From positions 434,001-498,000 of the forward strand of contig OZ025690.1 of the NCBI GenBank assembly GCA_964019335.1: DNA of 64,000 bases, read 5' to 3'. Below the pieces are notes generated by a model. It worked only from the letters and a program-made list of their open reading frames with translations, had not been told where the DNA came from and made no database searches. This document shows positions 48,201 through 60,200 of this stretch, one piece after another. The DNA is from Diplonema japonicum (lineage: Eukaryota > Protista > Euglenozoa: Diplonemea). How positions within the stretch are numbered: the stretch's first letter is position 1; each line of letters opens with the position of its first letter. Made by a program: the position numbers and the translations under genes.

Positions 48201-51200
48201 CAAGGGAGTACTCCTCAGGGCACACCTCGCAGTGCAAACCGGTCCAACTGTCCACGCAAGCCCCGCAGCTGCAAGCATTGTTGTTCCCAGTCACCTGCGC
48301 CCCAGAGAGCAGGCGGCCGTTGCAGTGGTCATCGTTCGTGCAAGCCGAACACATCGGATAGCCAGACCCGAAGCCCACACCGCACGCCCCGCAGTCAGCT
48401 GAGGCATCGAAGCGCCCAGGGCAGACAGAGCAGTCGGGACCGCCCCATTGGTTTCGGCAGCTGCAAGAACAGGTCGTCCCGTCGCTCGTCACCCCGGTTG
48501 CGTGCCCAGAGCAGTCACCGCTCGTCGTGCACTGCCGGCACTCGGGGTGGTTCGTCCTCCCGTTCGCACACGTCCCGCAATCCAGAGAGGAGTTGAAGCG
48601 TCCCTCGCACACAGAACAGTCGTCCCCACTCCACATTGCACGACAGGTGCATGAACACCCGTTGATCTGCACCGCGTGCCCGCTGCAGTGCGTCTCTGTA
48701 GTGCACTCCGCACAAGCAGGGTATCCGGTGTAGCCGAAAGAACAAGCCCCACAGTCTTTTGCAGGGTCGTACCGAACAGGGCACTCGTCGCACCGCACAC
48801 CTTCCCAGAACCCGGGGGCATCACAGCTGCACACGCACACCCTGCTCCCTCCCCTCACCTCGATACCTGCCGAGGAGGCCCGACCGTTGCACTGGGCCGT
48901 CGTGCAAGGCTCGCAGGTAGGGTAGTTGTCCAAGCTTGTGGGGGCACACTCGCTGCAGTTCGATCCCGTGAACCTCGAAGGACACGTCCCGCAGTTCGTC
49001 CCGGTCCACTGGTGCCAGCACTCGCACTCGCAGGTGCTCCCGTCGCTCTTTGCAACTGAGTTCCCGTGGTTGCTGCAGTCTCCCTGCACACACTTTCGAC
49101 ACCCACCGGTCCCGTCCCTCGCGTACCCGGCGTCGCTGTCGCACTGCTCACACTGCGGTCCCTTGTAGCCAGGGTTGCAAGCGCACACACAAGGCTGTCC
49201 GCCTCCCACAGAATTGACAGAGGAAGCGCGGTTGCTGCAGTGAACCACGATGCTGCACCTGGAGCACGAGGGGCCCGCGTAGTTAGGAGCACAGGCCGAA
49301 CAATCCGACGAAGAGAGGTACTTGCTGGGGCAGGACTCGCAGGTGGAGCCGCTCCAGTTGTTCCGGCACTCGTGGCAGACGCAACCGGTCTGGTCACTGT
49401 TCGGGCCAACAACCGTGGCGTGACCGTTGCAGTGGGTTTGCGAGGTGCACACTCTACACTCGTTAACACGAGCGCAAAGTGAAGCCCTGCTACTTGAAGG
49501 ACTGTCAACAGGAGACAGGCCTAGTGTGTGAGAGCAGATAAGTGTGATTTGATTCCAGCTGCAGCAACCATCCAAGGACAAGGCGTTGCACCATGCCACA
49601 CAGGCTGTGGGTGTAGCAAGTGAAGTAGACTTGACATCCGTGAGAAGAGAAGGAGCAAGACATTTCTGCGATGGCTGCAGATCGGCACAGGAAGAAATAG
49701 AAGTTTGATAACGATCTGTGAAACATTGTTCACAGTGTTCACCTGTCCAGCCAGTAGTGCAAGTGCAAGTGCATGCAGTGTTGTCGGAGTTGGAGACAAC
49801 TGCAGAAGCATGACCCGTGCAGTGCTTTGCGATAGTGCATCTCTCGCAACTGGAGCCAATGTAGTTGAGCGAGCAGTCTTTACATGAACTCTCTTCTGTG
49901 AACTGTGGGGGGCAAGTGTTACACTGTGCGCCCTTCCAATTGTTCAAGCACGTACAAGTGCAAGCAGTACGGTCGGCATTCGATGCTACATGCTCTGCGT
50001 TACCAGAACAATGCAGTGTATTTGTGCAAGGGCTGCACTTGACTCCGTCAAGGATATAACCAGCAGCACACACATCACAATCAGATCCACCATACTGCGG
50101 TTCGCAAACCCCACAGCTGGAGCCACTCCAATAATGGCGACAAGCACAAAGACAGTTCATGTTGTCGACGGTGTTCGCAGTGCCCTTGTCGTTGCAATCA
50201 AAGGTGGCAGTACAACGCCTGCATGCGCGTCTGCCATTGGCCTCCACACTCGATGTGATATATCCAGGCGCGCATTCGTTGCACAAAGCACCCACAAATT
50301 CAGGTGGGCAAAAGCCGCACTTCGGGCCAGTCCAGTTGTTAAGACAGGAGCACACACACGACTTGCTTTGGAAGGAGTAGTCAACTGTGAGGGCGTTGCC
50401 CGAGCAGTGGTCTTGCAAGGAACACCCGCTGCACACAGGATAGTTAAATCTCCCCTCAGTACACTTATCACACGATGCACCACTGAAGATTGTGGGGCAT
50501 GTACCGCAAGATGGGTCCGTCCACTGATCCCAGCACAATTTGCACACACATGCAGAACGAGTCTCGTCAGAAGTAACATCTGACTGACTAGCATGACCAC
50601 TGCAGTGAGCCGCAGCAGTGCAAGGAAGACAACCGCTGGCATAATCGTAGTAACCTTCATTGCACGCTTTGCAGTCACGTGAAGCATCAAACTGCACAGG
50701 ACAAGTTGCGCAAGCATCACCTATCCACTGATTCCTGCATGCGCACTGGCACACTCCGTTTGGTGCCGATAAGTCTATAGCACCGTTATTATTGCAGTCC
50801 GCCGCAGTGCAGGCCCGGCACGCAGGGAAGCCTGTGAAGCCGACAGAGCACATGCTGCAGTAGGTGCCGTCAAAAGCGGGTGGACAGATTTCACAGTTTT
50901 CGCCTACCCATGGGTGGTTGCAGAGACAGCTGCAGCCACTCCCGTTTTCCAACACTCTTACTACACCACGTGAGTTGCAATCTGCCCGGGCGGTGCACTT
51001 TCGTTCACAGTTGCTGCCAATGTAGAACTCAGCGCAACCGTTGCAATTTTCCTCTTGTTTGAACTGCACAGGGCACTCATCACACTGTGACCCAGACCAC
51101 TTGTTTGAGCACACACAGCTACAAGAAGCTGTAGCAGGGTGGGGGGCCACAGAAAGTGCGTTCCCACTGCAGTTTCCTGCAGTCGAGCAAAGCGTGCACC

Positions 51201-54200
51201 CGTGAACAGGGTGCAGAACATGGTCGGAGGAGCAGGAATCACAGTCGTCGCCAGAGTGTCTCGGTCCGCACAAAGAGCAGTCAGGACCGCTCCAGTAGTT
51301 TCTGCACGTGCACACACAAGTCTCCCTGTCGTCCCCCGAGGTCACAGAGGTGGCGTGTCCACTACAGTGTGCGTTCAGCGTACATCGAGGACACCCTTCG
51401 CTGTACTTGTGGTACCCAACCTCGCAGCTTGTGCAGTTCGTGGAAATTGCAAAACCTGTTTCGCAGGTGAAGCAAGAAGGAGAAGCCCAGTTCCCACCGC
51501 AGCTGCACTCGCACCCAGTCCTCTCAGCATCCGACGTCACAGAGACTGCGTTCCCATTGCAGTGCTGGTCATTTGTACAAACCAAGCACGCCGGGTACTG
51601 AATCCTCCCCACAGCACAGGCATCGCAAGTGTTTGCCTCATACTTGGCATCACATGTTGCACAAGACGAGCCCTTCCACTGTGCAGAACATGTACACGCA
51701 CACCCGTTGCGCGTGGAGTTCGTCTGCACAGCTGTTGCATGGCCCGAACAGTGATCTGCGATTGTGCACAAGGTGCAAGCAGGGTAGCTGAAGCGGTTAG
51801 CAGAGCACTCACCGCACGTGGGACCAGTGAACTCATCGACACATGTACACACACAGCCTGTATTATCGGTATTGCTAGAAACTTGCGTGGCGTGGTTGCT
51901 GCAGTGTATTCCTACATCGCACGCAGAGCACGTTGGGTAGTCGTAATATCCGTCTGCGCACCCTGTGCACTGAGGTGAGAACTTGTCCTCGCACCTGTCG
52001 CAGGACTGTCCCGTCCACTGGTGGTCGCATGTGCACACACATGTTAGTTGATCGGCATCTGACGTAACTGCAGTGGCCCTGCTGCTGCAGTGGAGAGTCA
52101 CATCGCATGCTGTGCAATCGGGATAGTTGATGTTTCCAACCTTGCACCGATTGCAGTCAGATCCGCCGTATGCTGTGGGGCACACGGCACAGCTGACGCC
52201 CGACCACTGATTCCTGCACGTACAGTCACATGACGTATGCAGATCGTTGGATGTGACAGCGATTGCATGGTCGTGGCAGTTACTTAGAACTGTGCAACGC
52301 CCGCACCCAGGTCCATAATACCCCTCTGCACATGTGGAACAGTCCGAAGTTATGTCGTAGCTCGAAGGGCATAGACTACAATCAGCGCCGTACCAGTTAT
52401 TTGAGCACTCACAGACACACATGACACCGTTGTAAGCAGAAACAAATGCTGCATGGCCACTACAGTGCGTGGTCACATCACATCTAGTGTTGCAGCCTAA
52501 GTTATACTTAATATAACCGTCGATGTCGTTGCATGCATTGCAGTCGGTGCCACCAAATTGGGGTGGGCATATCGTGCATTGCTCGCCTTCCCATTTGTTT
52601 CTGCAAGTGCAGACACATCGCGAGTGCTCGTTGTCCGACGACACATAGCTTGCCCTCCCGTTGCAGTATTTCTCGCTGGTGCACAGAACGCACTCAGGGT
52701 AGTTTATCCTCTTTTCAGTGCACTGCCCACAGTCTTGGTTGCGATCGAACTTGCTGTCGCACAAGTCACAGGTAGTGCCGCCCCACTGCGCCCTGCATTC
52801 ACATGAGCAGCCATCACTTGCTGTGTTTACTCTTACTATGCTTGCATGCCCGTTGCAGTGTGTACTTTCTGTGCATCTCGCGCATGTTGGATATGCGTAC
52901 CTACCCTCGGCACACGCACTACACATTTCGTCGTACTTCGGGTTGCATGCATCACAGTACCGCCCAGTCCATTTGTTCCTGCACTCACACTGACATTCGA
53001 CTCGTGCGTCATCTGCAAGAACACTTGTTGCATGCCCGTTGCAGTGCATATCGGCTGTACACTTCGCGCAGCTTGGATAGTTTATATGTCCTTCTGAGCA
53101 ACTACCGCACCTTGGTCCTGTATAGCCAAGGTCGCACACACAGTTACAAACAGTGTGGTCAGTTGAGTGCAGCCCTTCACCATGGTGGCTGCAGTCGAGG
53201 CCCCTTTCACAAGGCCTGCAATCACTTCCCACGCCGCTGACACACCCGTTGCAATCATTTGCGATGTCAAACCTCGAAGGACAGGAGTCGCACGAAGACC
53301 CTAACCATTTGTTCCTGCACGTACACGTACACTGCGTGCTGTTCGGTTCCGATCCGACAGCTGAGGCATGCCCGCTGCAGTGGGTGTCGAGGGAGCACGG
53401 AAGACACAGCCCGCCCACCTCGACGAAGCCAGCCGCGCACACCGGGGAGATCCCGCTGCAGTCGTAGTTCGGGGGACAGATCCCACAGGCCGATCCCGTC
53501 CAAGGTACCTTGCACACACAGACGCACTCATCGTTCGCAACGTATTCATCGCTGGAGTGCCCGTTGCACGCGGCCCCGTCGCACAACTTGTCGCACACGG
53601 GCCACCCGTGCAAGCCCTCGCTGCACCCGTCGCACTCGTCTCCGCCATACTGCGAGGGACACACGTCGCACCCCTCCCCAGTCCACTGGTTCGAGCATCC
53701 ACTCGAGTTGCACACACAACGCTGCTGCCCAGCATCCGTAGACACGAGAACAGCCCGTCCAGAACAGTCCGCACCGTTGTCACAGGCCCGACACCCAGCC
53801 TCGCTCTGCACCGAGATGTGAAGGGAAGAACACCCATCGCAGGTAGGCCCGTTTTCCTCGAAGCGGGTTGGGCAGGTCTCGCATTGAGAACCCTCCCACC
53901 TCCCGGTACAGGTGCAAACACACTGCGAGTGGGTCTCGTCAGAGGTCACAGAGGAGGCGTGGCCTGAGCAATCCCCTCCCACAGTGCAAGCCCTGCAGCT
54001 CGCTCCTTCCCACACGTGTCCAACAGAGCAGGTTGCACAGTTCGGGGGAGAGTAGGCCGCAGGACACCCACAGTCGCAGCCTGTTTGGGTCGCGTTCGCC
54101 GAAGAGCTCCCGCGCCCGCTGCAGTGTCCGACAGAGGTGCACGGGACACAGGCCTCGCCGACAGAGATGTGGTTCGAAGCACAACCGTCGCAAGTGGGTC

Positions 54201-57200
54201 CTGCAAAGGTGGCCGCACAAGAGGAACAGTTGGATCCCGCCCACCTTGTCGTGCAGGAACACAAGCACTCGGTGCCCCCAGAGCCCACAGTCGCAGTCAC
54301 AGCCCTCCCGTTGCAGGAGGCATCTACACTGCACACCTTGCACTCCGGATAGTCGAACCTCCCAACAGCACACTCCCTGCACCCAGACCCAAGGGAGTAC
54401 TCCTCAGGGCACACCTCGCAGTGCAAACCGGTCCAACTGTCCACGCAAGCCCCGCAGCTGCAAGCATTGTTGTTCCCAGTCACCTGCGCCCCAGAGAGCA
54501 GGCGGCCGTTGCAGTGGTCATCGTTCGTGCAAGCCGAACACATCGGATAGCCAGACCCGAAGCCCACACCGCACGCCCCGCAGTCAGCTGAGGCATCGAA
54601 GCGCCCAGGGCAGACAGAGCAGTCGGGACCGCCCCATTGGTTTCGGCAGCTGCAAGAACAGGTCGTCCCGTCGCTCGTCACCCCGGTTGCGTGCCCAGAG
54701 CAGTCACCGCTCGTCGTGCACTGCCGGCACTCGGGGTGGTTCGTCCTCCCGTTCGCACACGTCCCGCAATCCAGAGAGGAGTTGAAGCGTCCCTCGCACA
54801 CAGAACAGTCGTCCCCACTCCACATTGCACGACAGGTGCATGAACACCCGTTGATCTGCACCGCGTGCCCGCTGCAGTGCGTCTCTGTAGTGCACTCCGC
54901 ACAAGCAGGGTATCCGGTGTAGCCGAAAGAACAAGCCCCACAGTCTTTTGCAGGGTCGTACCGAACAGGGCACTCGTCGCACCGCACACCTTCCCAGAAC
55001 CCGGGGGCATCACAGCTGCACACGCACACCCTGCTCCCTCCCCTCACCTCGATACCTGCCGAGGAGGCCCGACCGTTGCACTGGGCCGTCGTGCAAGGCT
55101 CGCAGGTAGGGTAGTTGTCCAAGCTTGTGGGGGCACACTCGCTGCAGTTCGATCCCGTGAACCTCGAAGGACACGTCCCGCAGTTCGTCCCGGTCCACTG
55201 GTGCCAGCACTCGCACTCGCAGGTGCTCCCGTCGCTCTTTGCAACTGAGTTCCCGTGGTTGCTGCAGTCTCCCTGCACACACTTTCGACACCCACCGGTC
55301 CCGTCCCTCGCGTACCCGGCGTCGCTGTCGCACTGCTCACACTGCGGTCCCTTGTAGCCAGGGTTGCAAGCGCACACACAAGGCTGTCCGCCTCCCACAG
55401 AATTGACAGAGGAAGCGCGGTTGCTGCAGTGAACCACGATGCTGCACCTGGAGCACGAGGGGCCCGCGTAGTTAGGAGCACAGGCCGAACAATCCGACGA
55501 AGAGAGGTACTTGCTGGGGCAGGACTCGCAGGTGGAGCCGCTCCAGTTGTTCCGGCACTCGTGGCAGACGCAACCGGTCTGGTCACTGTTCGGGCCAACA
55601 ACCGTGGCGTGACCGTTGCAGTGGGTTTGCGAAGTGCATTCCTCACACGAATCTACAGCTTGCGGAGCGGCATTGACATAACAATATGCAGCATAATGCA
55701 AGTGGGAATCTGAAGGGTATGTTCGCGTTCTCTGTCTGCTGGAGTGCTGCCATGCAAGAGGGTAGAATCTGCACCATTTGTGAACAGTGCGCCAGTAGCA
55801 GCATCCTTCCTGACCCATCGACTCGCAGCACTGTTGGCACTCGTAGGCATTCGAAGCGGCGGGACATCTCACGTATCGCAAAGCAGGCTGGCACGTGCGG
55901 GAGCTCATGAAGCCGTCACAGACAGCAACCTCTGATGACTGTTTTGCTGACGCAGCGGCGAAAGGTATAACCTGTGTACTACTACAGTCCTTGGGACCAG
56001 AGATCCTATCTTCCTTTGGTTCCAAGTATGTTGACCCTTCATCGCCGTTCTTGAGGTAGCACTTCTTTGTCGAGACCTTCCACGTCCAGAACTGACATCG
56101 ACTGTTTGCCTTGCAGTACGTAAGACAGTGCAACGCTGAAGTTGCTGTCTTCTTTCCAATGGCATTATCGTAGCCGCGTGCGACGTAGATTGCATTCCTG
56201 TACATGCAGCTGCATGCCTTGCACTCTGGATAGGCGTCTCCTATATACGATTTGGCGTAGTTTGGGGCCTCTCCCTGTCCCACGAGGTCAGTGATGAGAG
56301 ATCCACATGTCGTTTTCTGATAAGCAAGGGTGTTCCACGTGGGGCTATCTACACCACACGGGTCTGGAGTGCATGCACCACATTTCCACGCCTGCTGAGT
56401 TGCAGCCATGGTGCGTGCTTCGTACTCAGATAAACCATTCGCAATGTACGTAGATATCATCGACCCACACGTTGAAGAACCCACGGCCACGTCCCACACA
56501 TCGCTACAGGGGTCGGGACAGTCAACACGTACGGCGTGTAAACTAAAGGCACTGTCGCCGTCTTGGTCTGCAGCACCGAATACCAGCTTAATGTGCGTAA
56601 CACTGTTGTACTTCCTTCCAAACGCGTGTCTAGTGAAAATACCGAAACGGAACATAGGTGCCATCTCACGATACGTAGTATAAATGTGCGCCCCATAAGC
56701 ATCTCTGCGGGCATCGTAAGTGCCATACATGAGCTCGCTGTTGTAAGCAAGCAGCCACGTCCTGCCCCTGTCTGTGGACACATAGGCACGGATGCCTGAG
56801 TACCCTGTGGACACGGTCTCTTTGTTTACTAAAATAGACACGGAGCCCACATCATGTGACCCATGCAAGTCCAACGACATACTGTACTCAGATGAGTTCG
56901 CAGTACGGTACCTAATCCAGTTGATGCCGCCGTTTAAGGCGTCATTCACAATGCCACGCGCGGAGAACTTGTCGCGGTTGACGCTCTTGTCGGCACTGTG
57001 GATGGTGCCTGTGAGGTCTTTCAAGAAACATGTGCCTGGTGCGAATTCCGGCTCCCACTTGTTGATGGGATTGAGCACAATGCTATCGAAGGTAACTGCT
57101 GCGCCACGCGGCGTGAAAGTCAAACGCATGTGCCTTACATTTTGTCCATCTTGTAAATTGTGCACAAAAGACTCTGCGTTGCCTGCTGTGCTGGGGAAAA

Positions 57201-60200
57201 AGCTGCCGACCATTTGGAAGGCTTCATTCCAAGCAATGCCATCTGACGAAACAGTGATAACTAAGCCAGCGTAGCCACCAAGGGGGTCACTCACTGAGAC
57301 CGACACGCTGCGGATGTCCTGCTCACCAACCTGGAGCACCACTGTGACGGTGGCACTGGTGCTCTGTATTGTGATCGGGTTCTGGTCCCCATTCAGTACA
57401 GGAGACAGGTCGGTGAGCAGCATGACATTTCCTGCAGAAGCATAACCACTCACGAAAGGCACTGACGGTAGACCGCAACAACTGTGGTACTCACCATTGT
57501 CACCAGGGCAGCAGTTCCCTTCTATATTTGTACACTGCGGGTGCGCAGCACATTGTTCGTTTGTAAACTCTTGTGAAGCGTACCCACTAGCGCACAGGTT
57601 GCACTCTTCGCCCGACCATCCCTCTTTACACTCGCACACACATCTGCCAGCGGAGTAAATAACCGAATGAGCATTCCCGCTGCAGTGTTGCTGCAGACCG
57701 CAAGGTATGCACCGTGGATAGTCAACATAGCCGGTTGCGCATTCATCGCAATCACTTCCTGCAATGTTGTAGGGACAAGCCTTGCAGTCGGGAAGCGACC
57801 ATTGGTTGCGACACTCACAGAAGCACTCGCTCTGGTCAAGATCCAGTCGGGCCTCGTTGGCATGTCCAGCACAAGACGTCTCGACGGTACAGTAGCTACA
57901 GGTTGGAAAACCGTAGCGCCACTTGCCACACTTTGTGCAGCTATCGCTGTATTGCGGTGGACACACCTCGCAAGTGTCACCTGTCCACAACCCCACGCAT
58001 GTGCACTTGCATGTTCCCGTGCGCGACGTTTCTTGCACATTAACAAAACCGTTGTTTAAACACACGCATTCACGGCAGGTGGGGGGATCCACCCTGCCGT
58101 CTGCACACTCGTTGCAATTGCCTCCCTGACGGTACTGCAAATCGCATGTGTCGCACTTTTTACCTCGCCAGAAGTTGTTGCATGCACACAAGCACTCTTC
58201 CTGATTGCTTGTCACACTGTCAGCATGGCCGGAACAGTGCTCAGCCACCAAACATTCACCGCACGCTGGGTACCCGAAGCGCGATGCAGCGCACTCGTTG
58301 CAGTTGGTACCACTGAAACTGCTGGGACAGGTTTGGCATTGCTGACCAATCCATTGGTTGAAGCAGTTGTTGCAGATGCATGTGTCCCTAGCGGCGTTAG
58401 ATGTCACATCCGCTTGGGGAGAGCGCCCTTGGCAGTGAATGGCAGCCTCGCACTTCACACACTCGGCAGCAACAGAGACGTAGCCTTCCATGCACACAGC
58501 GCAGTCATGAGCAGTACTGTAGCCATACGGGCACAAGTTGCATGTTTGGCCATGCCAATGGTTCCTACATGAGCAAACGCAGGCACCGTTAACAGCGTTT
58601 GCCTGGCCATGTTCGGTGCAGTCGGCACTCGTGCACTGCCTGCATGTGGGGTAGTAGGCGTATTGTGCTGCGCACCTGTCGCACGTTGACTGGTCGTACT
58701 TCTCTTGGCAACTATCGCACCGCGCTCCGGTCCATTTTTTGTTGCAGTTGCAAACACACGACACCCTATCTAACGTAGATGAGTAAGGCACCCCGTGATC
58801 ACCACAGTCAATAGCGTTGCACTGCCTGCAGTGTGGTGCCACACCTACGTAGCTGTCACTGCATTTCTTGCAGTCCTCATCTACGTCAATGCCAGTGGGG
58901 CACACAGCACAGGCAGCCCCCGTCCACGAGTTGCGACAAGAGCAAAGACACGTGTCCTTGAGTACATTACTAGTCACAGACAGTGCATTGCCCGTGCAGT
59001 GTTCTTGGGTGTTGCATTTCGTGCACAACGGGAATCCGATGTGGCCTTCTGCGCAAGTGCTGCACGTTGCTTGGTCATACTTCACAGGACACACCGAGCA
59101 CGTTGGTCCCTCCCACTTTGCTGCGCATGTACAAGTGCAGGTGTTGCCATCCGTAGACCCAACGTCCATTGCGTGGTCGCTGCAGTGTGTGCTGAAAGAG
59201 CACTGCTCGCACCCCGCAGCATAATTAATCCAATTATCGAGGCATCTATCGCAAAGTGCTCCAGTAAAAGGAAACGGGCATGTTTGGCACGCAGCGCCGA
59301 CCCATTGGTTGTCACATGTGCAGACACACTTGCTGTGGTCAGAATTGGACATTGTTGTTAATGCGTGGTTGCTGCAGCTTTCCTCCACTGTGCAGCGCGT
59401 GCACTCAGGGTAGTTGATATAGCCGAGCTGGCATTCCCCACAGTCCCGTGCAGGGTCGTAGACGGGAGGGCACACATTGCACTGTAGGCCCGTCCAGCTG
59501 TTGCGGCATGCACAGTGACAAGTAGTGTTGTCAAGACTCTGCACACTTGATGCGTGGTTGCTGCAGTGCGTTTGGACCTGGCACGGTATGCAGTCAGGGT
59601 ACATGATGTGGTTAGCTGCGCACTTGTTGCAGAAGCTCCCTGCAAACTTAGGCAAGCAAGTGCACCTGCACTCAGAACCAAGACTACTAACTACACTAGA
59701 TGCATGCCCATTGCAATGCACAGCTGAGGAACACGGCTCGCAGTTCGGTATGTTATGATTGGCCGCACATATGTCACATGCCGTACCGCCATACTGCTGG
59801 GGACACGTCTCGCAGCTGTCACCCGTCCAGTGCCCCGTACAAGAGCATTCACACGCTTGGCCGTCGTATGATGTTGCGCTCGACGCGTGCCCACTGCAGT
59901 GCTCTGCAACGGTGCACCGCAAGCATCCCTGGTTGTATTTAATAAATCCGGTGGCACATGCGTCGCAATCCAGCCCCCCAAATTCGGGGGTGCATTGATT
60001 GCACTTCAAGCCTGTCCATGAGTTTCTACACGTGCAAACACATGCTGTGTGCAGATTGTTCGAGTACACAGCAGTAGCGTGTCCTGAGCAGTGTGCGTCC
60101 GTATCGCATTTGCCACATTCAGGGAACACGACAGCCGCGTACCCAGGGGCACACGTCCCACAGTCATGTGCCTCGTCGAACTTTGGTGGACATGTTGCAC

